From Eledone cirrhosa (taxonomy: Eukaryota): a stretch of 64,000 bases of DNA. The position numbers were made by a program, and so were the translations under genes. The stretch covers positions 53,630,001 through 53,694,000 of the forward strand of contig OZ024750.1 of NCBI GenBank assembly GCA_964016885.1. Reading direction: 5' to 3'. Shown here piece after piece: positions 1 to 12,831 of the stretch. The notes under the pieces are model-generated. The model had not been told where the DNA came from. It made no database searches and saw only the letters and a program-made list of their open reading frames with translations. Each line of letters starts with the position of its first letter. Position 1 is the first letter of the stretch.

Positions 1-410
1 AGTAATGACACTGATGACTTAGTATGTTAAGGTGTGGCAGCACCTGTCTTGGTAATGACACTGATGACTTAGTATGTTAAGGTGTGGCAGCACCTGTCTT
101 GGTAATGACACTGATGACTTAGTATGTTAAGGTGTGGCAGCACCTGTCTCAGTAATGACACTGATGACTTAGTATGTTAAGGTGTGGCAGCACCTGTCTT
201 GGTAATGACACTGATGACTTAGTATGTTAAGGTGTGGCAGCACCTGTCTCAGTAACGACACTGATGACTTAGTATGTTAAGGTGTGGCAGCACCTGTCTT
301 GGTAATGACACTGATGACTTAGTATGTTAAGGTGTGGCAGCACCTGTCTTGGTAATGATACTGATGACTTAGTATGTTAAGGTGTGGCAGCACCTGTCTT
401 GGTAATGACA
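1..410. repeat. 50-bp minisatellite, about 8 copies, runs off the window start
   Basis: Unit GTAATGACACTGATGACTTAGTATGTTAAGGTGTGGCAGCACCTGTCTTG recurs with period 50. Confidence 0.95.
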
Positions 411-917
411 CTTCTACACATTCTCTCGAAATAAATACTAACTTTTAAATTGGGAAATTTGTTTATAAATTTAAATAATTGTTTCTACTTTTGGCACAAG
501 GCCAGCAATTTTGCCAGTGTATTACTGGTACTTTATTTTATTGACCCCGTAAGGATGAAAGGCAAAGTTAACCTCAGCGGGATTTGAACTCAGAATGGTA
601 TTATACATTAAATAATAGCTGGTTAACAAACTCACACAACACCCACACACACATACATGCCCACACATGTGCATACACACACATACACACAACACACACA
701 CACACACACACACATACATGCCCACACATGTGCATACACACACATACACACAACACACACACATACATGCCCATACATGTGCATACACACACACACAACT
801 TAACACATACATATCTACATACACACAATACAACACACTGAGGCAACATTTATTCAAACAAAATATACTCACACGCACATCTTTTGTATCATTATATCCC
901 TATTTGTGGAAATAATG

Positions 918-1093
918 GATTGGCAGTAGACCGTCGGACACCATGCTTTGCAGCATAGAGTTATGACCCTTTATTTTCTGAGTTCAAATCCCGCTGAGGT
1001 TAGCTTTACCTTTCATCCTTACGGGGTTGATAAAATAAAGCACCAGTAATGCGCTGGGGTAATTGATGACCTTGTACCAAAAGCAGAAACAAT
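918..1093 (+). mobile_element. tRNA-derived SINE, the most abundant family here. Other copies at about 470-595(-), 12375-12560, 13128-13310, 13617-13800, 19825-19992, 24020-24200, 25422-25620 and 31510-31790
   Basis: A-box-like TTGGCAGTATCGG, B-box GAGTTCAAATCC, conserved core GCCTTTCATCCTTACGGGGTCGATAAAATAAAGTACCAG and shared 3' end CCTTGTGCCAAAAGTAGAAACAATT. Confidence 0.85.
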
Positions 1094-1531
1094 TATATCC
1101 CTGTTTGTATTTAAGATAATATTCACACTGAAAATAAAACACACAATGATGAGGATGGTGATGACAATAATAATAATTTCTAATTTCATTAATATTGGTT
1201 TCTAATAATATAACTCGAATGTGTAAAATAAAAACTGAAACAATACTTATAATAATAGGGGCTCTGGGAATGATAAAGAAAAACACAGACAAATACATAA
1301 CCAATGCTCACTACCTCCCAAATAACCGACAGTGAATACATAATTTTTGCTAGCGACCTTAATGGTCATGTTGGACAAAATTGTGATGGTTCACTTTTAT
1401 TTTCATTCTCCAACTGTCACTCATTCTATTTATCATTTGATAGCCTCGTACTTCCTCACTATCTTGTTTTTGTGATAGCAAATAAATACATGTTGTCAAT
1501 TATTATATATGTGTATTGTATTATATTGCAG

Positions 1532-1609
1532 GACGGGCTTGATGTAATGGTGAATGTGCCAAAGAAAGCTAATGATGCAATGCATTTAAGCATGTTAGAA
1601 GGTTTAGAG
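1532..1609 (+). CDS. trio: Trio/Kalirin RhoGEF exon: end of DH1 and DH-PH linker (DGLDVMVNVPKKANDAMHLSMLEGLE)
   Basis: ttgcAG acceptor and GTaagt donor, 78 nt, phase 0/0. The peptide matches the Trio/Kalirin motif DGLEVMLSVPKRANDAMHLSMLEG. Confidence 0.95.
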
Positions 1610-2516
1610 GTAAGTCTTTCTTCCTTTTTGCTTACCTCTGCATCTATATCCTGATATCATCTCTGCTTTATTTCCATTGACAATGAAAAGCTATTGTGTA
1701 TACTCACTGATCTTGTGGACTATAACATATGTAAGCCCTCACAATAAAGGACAACTAAACAACAGAAAGGCCTATAGCTCTGACATGGCTAATACAACAA
1801 CAACTTTGACAGGACTGACATAACAATAGCTCTGTTAGATTAACAGAACAAGGAGGAAGTAAAAGAATTAAGTGATATACATATATTCATATACACATAC
1901 ATACATACAATATATATATAAGATAAAAAAGCACCCAGGTCACCCTGTTAGGTAGTCGTTCTGGTGCCATGACAAAAAGCACACAGTCCACTCTGTAAAG
2001 TTGTAGTGGTGGTGCCATGAGAAAAGCTCCATATACAGACTGTAATATGGTTGGCGTTAAGGACATCCAGTCCCCCAAAAAATCTGCTTGGGCATGATGT
2101 AGTCACCTCACCTGGCTTGGTTAGTCATATAACGTGACAACCCATCTAATCCATGCAAACATGGAAAATAGATGTTAAATGGTGTTGATGCTGACACATT
2201 GTACACATGTATACACCACAGCCTTTTTGTCTTCCTCCTCTGCTAATCTCTCTCATCAGCTATGACCACTATGACTAGACCCAGAGGAAGATGGGGTTTG
2301 GGGTTTAAAATGCACAAGACTTGCTGTTTGTCTGAAAGGTGCTCCTATGACTCCATCAGGAGTTACAGGTCCAATAATGTAATATAATACAGCCTGTCTA
2401 ATAAGTCTATGCCATCAATTAGATACTGACTTGCTAACCCTTTTTAGCAGGAAAAATGGATGTTAAATGATGTACTCAATGTTGTTTTTTATATTTTGCC
2501 CAATATTTCTTTGCAG

Positions 2517-2699
2517 GATAATTTAGAAGCGTTAGGTGAAGTACTTTTACAAGATAACTTTACAGTTTGGGAACCAAAGAACTTGATTAAGAAAGGAAGA
2601 GAAAGACGTATCTTTTTATTTGAGATGTGTCTGGTGTTTGCTAAAGAGATTAAAGACAGTAATGGAAAATCAAAATATATGTATAAAAGCAAGTTACTT
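2517..2699 (+). CDS. trio: Trio/Kalirin exon: N-terminal part of PH1 (DNLEALGEVLLQDNFTVWEPKNLIKKGRERRIFLFEMCLVFAKEIKDSNGKSKYMYKSKLL)
   Basis: ttgcAG / GTaagt, 183 nt, phase 0/0. Strong similarity to the Trio PH1 motif KGRERHLFLFE...KYLYKSKL. Confidence 0.96.
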
Positions 2700-4090
2700 G
2701 TAAGTATATTTCTATTTTATAATATTTTGCTTTTATTACAGGGGAAAGAAGACAAATAATGAATTGTAAGAGATAAATGGGAATAGAGTTAGTGATGAAT
2801 GTTGTGAATGTTGGGAAGAGAAATAGAATGAGAAGGTTGGATCATGTGTTGAGGAAGGATAAAAGTGACTGGGTGACAGGAGTGATAGAAATGAATATGG
2901 AAGGAAGTAGAGGAAAGGGGAAGACCAAGAAAGACATATCTAAAGATAATGGAGGAGGAATTGATGAGGGAATGATGTAGAGCATAGGGCAAAATGTAGT
3001 TATCTTGTTTTGGGGCCCTGCAAGTTTAACTCTCACTTTAACTGGGAAAATGGCCTTAAAATGTGTTGTTGCCTGACTTTCTTACAATACAATAAAGAAG
3101 ATGGTGAATTAGTGGAGTTTTTAGGATGTTGAATTTAATGCTTCTCTGCTTGTTCAGGCTTTCTATTTTCTGAGTTCAAATCCCACCAAGATGAATTAGC
3201 CTTTCATCCTTGCAGGGTCAATAAATGAAGTATTAGTTGGATAAGATGTCTTGCCATATCTGATATGGTTCTGTCTATCCTAGGTTCAAATACTGCCAGC
3301 ATTTATGATTGGCAGATAGTATCAACAATGAAAAGACCAAAAGAAATGTAGTTTCCTGAGTCAAATTTAATGATTGACTCCTTTCCTTTATTTATTTTCT
3401 TACAATAAAGTGGTGTGTTGTTTGAATCTGTAGCATATCAAATAGAATAGCTTGTGCTATTTGTTACAACTCTCTGCTTTTTTTAGTTTAAATTCAGTTG
3501 AGATCAATTTGGTTTCCATCCTTGAGGGATTGATAAAGTATTGGTCCAGGAGCAGTGGATTTTATTATTTTTGAAATAATTTGAAAACTATTAGCAGTCT
3601 TTCATTTGAAATATAGTAATGAAAGGTTAAGATGGTTGGGTGTGATATGGTATGGTCTTCTGGCTACTATTTCTAGCAGATTAAGCAACCATATAGTCTC
3701 CCTTGTTTGGCTGGTATGTTAAATGTCATACTTGAATGTCTGGTGGCATTCTGTGTGTGAGGTGGGGGTTGACCTACATTGAACTGATATGATTTATGAG
3801 AGAAAGATGATCATGTCAGCCACTGCTAGAGAAGCAGTTGTTATATATAGCATGTATACGTGTGAACGAAAGTATCAATATGCATGTGTATATATATGTA
3901 TCAAATCATACCTCTCTGTGTGTATGTATATATATATATATTTACACCTGTAAGAAATGTTACTCCGCGAGTGTTGATGACACTTTAAGAAGCATCTTCA
4001 CCATTTAATGTCTGTTATTCCATATATATATATACATATACACACATATTCTCTCTCACACACACACACATACATATGTGTGTGTGTATG

Positions 4091-4133
<43 letters not shown>

Positions 4134-4483
4134 ATATATCATCATCATCATACGTCTATCTTCCACGCTAGCATGGGTTAGACGGGAATTGTCCCTCTTG
4201 AGGTAAGATTGGTCGGGTGACCGTGTCTCACTTGTATAGGACTGTCTGGCAGGTTTTCTATGGTTGGATGCCCTTCCTAACACCATATATATATATATAT
4301 ATATACACACACATACATAGACCTACATGTGGATGTTACTCCAGCAGACGACTCTAACTCTTCTACTTTAACAAAGTTAACTTTTCATGGAAATCAACAT
4401 TCTTCCACATAGGCAATGAAACAAATAACATGTTTCTCATTGTTATTTTCATATTAACATAATGTTACATGGGGGTAACACAT

Positions 4484-4670
4484 CATATTAATGTAATGCT
4501 ACATGGGGCAACATATTAATGTAATGCTTCATGGGGCTACATATTAATGTAATGCTACATGGGGCAACATATTAATGTAATGCTTCATGGAGCTACATAT
4601 TAATGTAATGCTACATGGGGCAACATATTAATGTAATGCTACATGTGGCAACATATTAATGTAATGCTAT
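4484..4670. repeat. About 27-bp minisatellite
   Basis: CATATTAATGTAATGCTACATGGGG(C)AA repeated about 7 times. Confidence 0.9.
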
Positions 4671-4896
4671 ATCACATAGAGCAACACATTCTCTTTGCCT
4701 CTAACATGTATACGAATGTTTTTTTCAGTATTACACAAACACACACACCACACATTCCCACACACGCATACTTACACACAACCACACACTCATTCATGCT
4801 CATACACACACATTCATGCACACATAACCACACAGGCATTCATGCATATGTGTACATACACAATCATGTATGCACACGCGTTAGTAGAAAAGATAT

Positions 4897-6145
4897 AATA
4901 TATAACAACACTACATCTCTAGTCAGTGTATATATAACAACACTACATCTCTAGTTGGTGTATATATAACAACACTACATCTCTAGTTGGTGTATATACA
5001 ACTCTACATCTCTAGTTGGTGTATATATAACCACTCTACACCTCTAGTTGGTGTATATATAACAACTCTACACCTCTAGTTGGTGTATATATAACCACTC
5101 TACATCTCTAGTTGGTGTATATATAACCACTCTACATCTCTAGTTGGTGTATATATAACAACACTACATCTCTAGTTGGTGTATATATAACCACTTTACA
5201 TCTCTAGTTGGTGTATATATAACAACACTACATCTCTAGTTGGTGTATATGCAACTCTACATCTCTAGTTGGTGTATATATAACCACTCTACACCTCTAG
5301 TTGGTGTATATATAACCACTCTACACCTCTAGTTGGTGTATATATAACCACTCTACATCTCTAGTTGGTGTATATATAACCACTCTACACCTCTAGTTGG
5401 TGTATATATAACCACTCTACACCTCTAGTTGGTGTATATATAACCACTCTACATCTCTAGTTGGTGTATATATAACAACACTACATCTCTAGTTGGTGTA
5501 TATATAACAACTCTACATCTCTAGTTGGTGTATATATAACAACACTACATCTCTAGTTGGTGTATATATAACAACACTACATCTCTAATTGGTGTATATA
5601 TAACCACTCTACATCTCTAGTTGGTGTATATATAACAACACTACATCTCTAGTTGGTGTATATATAACAACACTACATCTCTAATTGGTGTATATATAAC
5701 AACTCTACATCTCTAGTTGGTATATATATAACCACTCTACACCTCTAGTTGGTGTATATATAACAACACTAAATCTCTAGTTGGTGTATATATAACACTA
5801 CATCTCTAGTTGGTGTATATATAACAACACTTCATCTCTAGTTGATGTATATATAACAACACTACATCTCTAGTTAGTGTATATATAACAACACTACACC
5901 TCTAGTTAGTGTATATATAACAACACTTCATCTCTAGTTGGTGTATATATAACAACACTACATCTCTAGTTGGTGTATATATAACAACACTACATCTCTA
6001 GTTGGTGTATATATAACAACACTACATCTCTAGTTGGTGTATATATAACAACACTACATCTCTAGTTAGTGTATATATAACAACACTACATCTCTAGTTG
6101 GTGTATATATAACAACACTACATCTCTAGTTAGTGTATATATAAC
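4897..6145. repeat. 32-bp minisatellite, about 39 copies
   Basis: Unit TATATATAACAACACTACATCTCTAGTTGGTG. Confidence 0.95.
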
Positions 6146-6222
6146 ATATAGACATATATATATATTGTTGTTAGCAATATGGTAGCTAAAGGGTTAAATT
6201 AATTTTATTGTGTATTTTATAG

Positions 6223-6324
6223 ATTTCAGAAATTAATATAACTGAACATATAGAAGGTGATGAATGTAAGTTTGCACTTTGGACAGGAAGAGCACCAATT
6301 TCCGATTACAGAATAATTTTGAAG
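6223..6324 (+). CDS. trio: Trio/Kalirin exon: middle of PH1 (ISEINITEHIEGDECKFALWTGRAPISDYRIILK)
   Basis: ttatAG / GTatgt, 102 nt, phase 0/0. Matches Trio TSELGVTEHVEGDPCKFALWVGRTP. Not in the ORF track; translated by hand. Confidence 0.95.
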
Positions 6325-6477
6325 GTATGTATATTTTAATAGATCAAACTCCAAGTTAGTCTTTATGTTAATCAAATAATGGTAATATCATAAACTAATG
6401 AAGCATGGGAGATAGAAATTTCAAAGCATGTTTTTGTTATTGCACAAAGAACACTGATTCCTGAATTATAATAAGAA

Positions 6478-6850
6478 GTGGCTGAAATGGGGCTCCTCCG
6501 AAGGGTCTTTGGTGTAATGGCACTCTATAAAGTGTGTATCTCTGAGATGCGAGAGTCACTCCAGGTAGAGCTGCTACTTCTACATATTAAGAGATCACAG
6601 CTCCTATATTATATGTAGTTAGATTGTCTCACAAAAGAATTACTGAACAGATTTTACAGACAAAATCAACCAGCAAGAGAGCCAGAGGGAGACCCTGAAT
6701 AAAATGGTTGGATAATATTCATGAGCTCTACTAGTCTCACTTGGGGATCCAGCCAAATCAATTGGAGATGGTTGTTTCTGACAGGACCCACTTGAAGGTG
6801 TGTTCGAGGACGCTGCCCCACAACCCTCTCAGGGATAAGTGGGCAAAGAA
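6478..6850 (+). mobile_element. 3' fragment of a second RTE-clade LINE family. Related copies at about 12070-12370(-) and 57105-57680(-)
   Basis: Degenerate AEMGxLRRVFGV...ESLQVEPLLLxIERSQLR...GHVVRM...RPRGRP thumb-region translation, with a (GAA)n tail. Confidence 0.75.
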
Positions 6851-7434
6851 GAAGTGAATAAATACCACAGGTGGTTATCTACATTTTTCTGCCTAAGATG
6901 TTATTAACTATATCATATAATGTGTCATGCTTCTTTGTTTGATAGCAAAAACATATTTTGAAATAGCATTGTTAATTTTTACTTGAATAATTTTCTGGCA
7001 GAGTATCAGATGCTTTGTGCTATTTGTTTTGGCTCTCTATGGTCTGAGTTCAAATCCTGTCCATGTCAACTTTGTCTTTCACCATTTTGGGATTAATAAA
7101 GGATCAGTCCAAGACAGTGAATTGGGAGAAATGCTGGAAGGCTGGAGAAGATGTGTTGCAGTATATCTGTCTCAGTTCTGTGTGTTCAAATCCCACCTCC
7201 TATCATCAAAAAGAAAACAAAAAACAGCAGAGATGGTGAAGAGCTTGAAAAAGACCTTAACTCTTTCGCTACCATATCTCTACCATATCTCATGTTTTCC
7301 ACATTATTTTCAAAATAATTTAGTAATATAACTTTCCAATTAAGTTGTTGTTTAGAATATAACTTTAAAACATTTGTTACATACAATTACGATATAAGAT
7401 TTTCAGATAAATATATAGATTTTAAAATAGTTTT

Positions 7435-9140
7435 GTATCATAGAACTAGGGGTAGTTTTAGCTGGTTTGGTATAATAGAACTAGGAGTAGTTTTAGGTGG
7501 TTTGGTATCATAGAACTAGGGGTAGTTTTAGGTGGTTTGGTATCATAGAACTAGGGATAGTTTTAGGTGGTTTGGTATAGAACTAGGAGTAGTTTTAGGT
7601 GGTTTGGTATCATAGAACTAGGGGTAGTTTTAGGTGGTTTGGTATCATAGAACTAGGGGTAGTTTTAGGTGGTTTGGTATCATAGAACTAGGGGTAGTTT
7701 TAGGTGGTTTGGTATAATAGAACTAGGAGTAGTTTTAGGTGGTTTGGTATCATAGAACTAGGGGTAGTTTTAGCTGGTTTGGTATCATAGAACTAGGGAT
7801 AGTTTTAGGTGGTTTGGTATAATAGAACAAGGAGTAGTTTTAGGTGGTTTGGTATAATAGAACTAGGAGTAGTTTTAGGTGGTTTGGTATAATAGAACTG
7901 GGAGTAGTTTTAGGTGGTTTGGTATAGAACTAGGAGTAGTTTTAGGTGGTTTGGTATCATAGAACTAGGGGTAGTTTTAGGTGGTTTGGTATCATAGAAC
8001 TAGGGATAGTTTTAGGTGGTTTGGTATAATAGAACTAGGAGTAGTTTTAGGTGGTTTGGTATCATAGAACTAGGAGTAGTTTTAGGTGGTTTGGTATCAT
8101 AGAACTAGGAGTAGTTTTAGGTGGTTTGGTATAATAGAACTAGGAGTAGTTTTAGGTGGTTTGGTATCATAGAACTAGGAGTAGTTTTAGGTGGTTTAGT
8201 ATCATAGAACTAGGAGTAGTTTTAGGTGGTTTGGTATCATAGAACTAGGAGTAGTTTTAGGTGGTTTGGTATCATAGAACTAGGGATAGTTTTAGGTGGT
8301 TTGGTATAATAGAACTAGGGGTAGTTTTAGGTGGTTTGGTATAATAGAACTAGGGGTAGTTTTAGGTGGTTTGGTATAATAGAACAAGGAGTAGTTTTAG
8401 GTGGTTTGGTATCATAGAACTAGGGATAGTTTTAGGTGGTTTGGTATCATAGAACTAGGGGTAGTTTTAGGTGGTTTGGTATCATAGAACTAGGGGTAGT
8501 TTTAGGTGGTTTGGTATAATAGAACTAGGAGTAGTTTTAGGTGGTTTGGTATCACAGAACTAGGGATAGTTTTAGGTGGTTTGGTATCATAGAACTAGGG
8601 GTAGTTTTAGGTGGTTTGGTATAATAGAACTAGGAGTAGTTTTAGGTGGTTTGGTATCATAGAACTAGGGGTAGTTTTAGGTGGTTTGGTATCATAGAAC
8701 TAGGGGTAGTTTTAGGTGGTTTGTATCATAGAACTAGGGGTAGTTTTAGGTGGTTTGGTATCATAGAACTAGGGGTAGTTTTAGGTGGTTTGGTATCATA
8801 GAACTAGGGGTAGTTTTAGGTGGTTTGGTATAATAGAACTAGTAGTAGTTTTAGGTGGTTTGGTATCATAGAACTAGGGGTAGTTTTAGGTGGTTTGGTA
8901 TCATAGAACTAGGGGTAGTTTTAGGTGGTTTGGTATCATAGAACTAGGGGTAGTTTTAGGTGGTTTGGTATCATAGAACTAGGAGTAGTTTTAGGTGGTT
9001 TGGTATAATAGAACTAGGGGTAGTTTTAGGTGGTTTGGTATCATAGAACTAGGGGTAGTTTTAGGTGGTTTGGTATCATAGAACTAGGAGTAGTTTTAGG
9101 TGGTTTGGTATAATAGAACTAGGGGTAGTTTTAGGTGGTT
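7435..9140. repeat. 35-bp satellite, about 49 copies, derived from a MITE end
   Basis: Unit TATCATAGAACTAGGGGTAGTTTTAGGTGGTTTGG. Confidence 0.95.
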
Positions 9141-9620
9141 AAACAAAATCCTAGGTATATCAGTTACTTTCACCCCATCTGACAGGAGGAAATACAAAAG
9201 GTCATTTATGTCCCATGCACTCTTTTTTCTTCCAATTTGCCTTCAATTGTGTAATTTAAAAATATATATTTCTATCAAATGTTTAATTATTGATTATTGT
9301 TTCTTAATTGCAATTTCAATATAAATATATAAAGTTGCTTTCATGTGTGTGTACATGTATCTTTGTGCTTATGTATGTATATATGCTTGTCTGTGTTTAT
9401 GTGTAGTTGCGTATCTGTGTTTGCATGTGTATTCATATACGTATATGTTTGTGTGTATCTGTGCGTGTTTCTTGGTGCATATTCATCTTTGTTTACGTAT
9501 GTCTTTAAGTGTGTGTGCTTGTGTGAAAGAATCCATTGACCTTGTTAAAACCGTTCGACTTGAGAAGATGTTAAGTGAAAGTTCATTTGAGGCTCTATCT
9601 TCCCTCCATGGTCATTGTAG

Positions 9621-9766
9621 GCATCGTCACTGGATACAAAACAACAATGGGTGAAGAAGATGAGAGAGTTAATCCAAGAACGTCTTGTCTATATGCACTC
9701 GGCCTTGAAGGAGCCTCTCACGAAGTCTGTAGCGGCACCAAAGATGTTTATCAACAGAACAAGTCG
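9621..9766 (+). CDS. trio: Trio/Kalirin exon: PH1 C-terminal helix (ASSLDTKQQWVKKMRELIQERLVYMHSALKEPLTKSVAAPKMFINRTS-R)
   Basis: ttgtAG / GTaagt, 146 nt, phase 0/2. Matches Trio ASSIENKQDWIKHIREVIQER...ALKEP. Confidence 0.93.
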
Positions 9767-10289
9767 GTAAGTTTACACATTTATTCTTTTAGTCATTGAA
9801 GACTGCGACCAAGCTGGGCACTGCCTCCAACAGATGTAGTCGAGTATATCAACCCCAGTACTTGTTTTTCTTCAAGTCTGCTATTTAGGTTATCACTCTC
9901 TGGTTGTCAAACTGCTAAGTTACAAGGCATTAACAAACACAGTCATTCACACACATCATTATCATTTTACATCTACTTACTATGGTGGCATGGGTTAAAC
10001 AGATCATCATGATCTGAGACAAGATATGATTGAAAAACCACATTTTACACATATATTCCGTATGAGTATATGTATATTTTATCATTTTTTTAAATTTACA
10101 GGGAAATTCATATTTTCTGGTATGTTTAAATGCCTCCATATTAGATATGGTGCAGTCTTGGTTACACACTCTGTCCATGGGTACTCCTATATGTCAACAA
10201 CCTGATTCTCTTAGCTGATTCTATGACAGATTTAGAAAAGAAATTTCCAACATAGAGGCACAACTTGGAAATAAAAGGCATAGTGAACA

Positions 10290-11030
10290 GAAAAGAAAAC
10301 AGGGCTCTGACCCCTCTGTATGCAGGAAAGGAGTAAGTAGAAACTCAATCCGGTGTCTCAAATGCAAACTGTAGGTACACAATAGGTATAGTGGGAAATG
10401 AAGCAGGCTAGCAAAAAACACAGACTTCATACGTGGACATTGCACAGGGGCAGTAAGTAAAGACCCTCAGGAAGCAAGCTCCTTTAAATGCACAGAGGAC
10501 CCTATAGAAATAGTTGATAGCTTCAGCAGCCGAGGTGGGTGTGCAGAAAGTACAGTTGCCAGAGTAAGAATAGGATGGAAAAAGTTCAGGGAGCTACTGC
10601 CGTTACTAACTAAAAACGGTCTCTCACTGAAGGTAAAAGCTAAGCTGTATGGTGCTTGTGTGTGCATAGAAATGCTACATGGAAATGAAACATGGGCTCT
10701 GTGTGCCAAGGGTCTATGGACATTGGAAAGAAATGAAGCCAGCATAATCAGATGGAGGTGTAACAGTAGTGTATGTGAACGGTAAAATGTAAATGAAATG
10801 AGAGTGAAACTGGACATAAGAGGGATCAAATGATGTGTGCAAGAGAGAAGATTGTGGTGATATGGAGATGTGATGCACATGAAGGACGCCAGCTGTATAA
10901 AAAGGTGCAGGGCACTAGAGGTTGTAGGATGCCCTGAAAGAGGAAGACGTGGGATGAAACGATAAAAGATGACCTGGCTCAGCTGAACCTCCCAATGGAG
11001 ATGACACAGGACCAAGACCTCCCTCATAAT
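10290..11030 (+). mobile_element. Degenerate RTE LINE 3' fragment
   Basis: Remnants of CRKGVSRNS..., GWKKFRELLPLL, HGNETWAL and RRLWxYG, with stops and frameshifts. Confidence 0.8.
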
Positions 11031-11906
11031 AAGTCCACTTGGCGCTATAATAGAAGACACTTGCCCAAAGTGCCACACAGTGGGACTGAACCCCAAACCA
11101 CATGACTGTAGAGCAAACTTCTTAACCACACAGTTATGCCTGAGTCACATGTTTACAATGGAGATTTTAGGTGAGGTAGATTGGGGTTGTATACCATGAC
11201 AGAGACCTACCTCAACACAACTGGCAGTGAACAGGGTTCATACTAACCATGTGACTGGGGTACCAAGCTGCTCACTAACCTACCTACTACATCACTGCTG
11301 ACAGCAGGGTACATAGAATGTCATAGTTACTGGGGTACCTACTTACCACATCACAGATTACAGTAAACAGGGTACATATCTTCCATGCATTTCTAGGGCA
11401 TATTCAAACCTGGCAGATCCATCTCCAGGTCAGAATACAACAGATTTCTTTCAGAGAAGGATAGTGAGAGTGAGAGAATGAAAATGAGAAAAAGATATAA
11501 AGGATGAATCGACCCCAGGACTTGAGTGGTACTTCTATATTGACCTTGGTAGGATTTGAACACTGAGAAGAGAGAGCCGAAACTAATACCGCAAAGCATT
11601 CTATACAATGTTCTAATGACTCTGTCTGCCTTATACAAACTGGAAAATCTGTTTTCATATATTAATAGTTTGCATAAGAGATTGACTCTTGGATTAAGGA
11701 TAAGAATGATATTTTAATAACTTATTTCTAGAATATAATTATGTAAATATTCAAATGACAAACAGGATTAAATGTATAACTTTGGAGCAATAACTATCTC
11801 TTGGAACAGGTTTCAAGTTAGAACCCAGGACCTTGTGATTTGAAAGCGAACTTATTTTAGCAACAATGTGTGTATGTTTGTATGTGAATTTTAAAGAGTT
11901 ACAGGC

Positions 11907-11941
<35 letters not shown>

Positions 11942-12701
11942 TGGCATATGATGGTTGATTTATATCCATGTATAGGATACAGTTATATATTGATATTGTA
12001 TACAGTTGGGTAGTTCAACAGGTTTATTAACCTTTGTTACTCTCATTGATGTTTGCTTATTGTTAAGTTCTTCTTCTCCTACTTGTATGAGTCCTGGAGA
12101 CAGAGTCCTCAAGCATATTTTCCAGCAAGTTCTGTCAAATGCAACCATCTCCAATTGCTCCAGCTGGACCCCAAAGTGAGACCAACCGAGCTCATGGATG
12201 TTATCCTATCATCTTGCTCAGGGTCTACCACTGTTTCTCTTGCCGGGGGGTTTTTTGCCTGTAAAATCTGTCCAGTGATTCTTTCCTGGGACATTCTAAC
12301 CACATGTCCGTAATATCGGACCTTTGATCTCTCAATTCGGAGAAGTAGCATCTCTACCTGGAGAGACTCCAATATTGGTAGTGTTGGACAAAATGTTTTG
12401 CGGTATTTAGTTAGGACTTTCTATGTTCTGAGTTCAAATCCTGCCACAGCCAACTTTACCTTTCATCCGGGTTCGATAAAGTACCAGTAAAGTACTGGGC
12501 TTTATTTAATCAATTTACCTTTCTCCAAACATTACTCACCTTGTGCCAATGTTAGAAACAACTATATTTCTCTGCAACAATGTATACTATGTTACAAACA
12601 CCATTTTTTTTTTTTAATGTCCAAAATTATTTGAAAATCCTATACAGTGTCTTTTATGATAAATATGGTAATGAAATGGTAAATATGTAATGTTTTGTCA
12701 G

Positions 12702-12831
12702 GGATATGGAAAGTGACACAGCATCTTTAGATGAAGTCCACATTGAACGTCGCGCTAGTCTTGTGTCAGTGAACTCCAACACCACCACTGCCACAACGGA
12801 CAGTAGCAGTAGCAGTGGCAGCAGCAACAGA
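12702..12831 (+). CDS. trio: Trio/Kalirin exon: Ser/Thr-rich linker before SH3 (R-DMESDTASLDEVHIERRASLVSVNSNTTTATTDSSSSSGSSNR)
   Basis: tgtcAG / GTaagt, 130 nt, phase 2/0. It completes the split codon CG|G from the previous exon, and its position corresponds to the vertebrate R-DGEDLDS...DSDK exon. Confidence 0.85.

Noticed and set aside
1-410. 50-bp repeat containing CTGATGA-CTTA-gtatgt-TAAG, as a possible tandem hammerhead satellite or CRISPR array
   Set aside because: No GAAA box follows the stem (GTGTGG instead). The units are contiguous with no unique spacers, and the context is eukaryotic.
918-1000. tRNA-like A/B boxes, here and at many other sites
   Set aside because: These are SINE heads with no cloverleaf, followed by SINE body sequence.
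1304-1654. ORF apparently fusing an APE endonuclease piece to Trio sequence
   Set aside because: Chance open frame joining a ~90-bp RTE fragment, intron sequence and the real exon 1532-1609.
4897-9140. 32-bp and 35-bp arrays of CRISPR-repeat length
   Set aside because: Head-to-tail tandem repeats with no spacers and no cas genes.
6325-12701. Apparently missing PH1 C-terminal exon (phase mismatch between 6324 and 12702)
   Set aside because: Found by manual translation at 9621-9766, so the gene is continuous.
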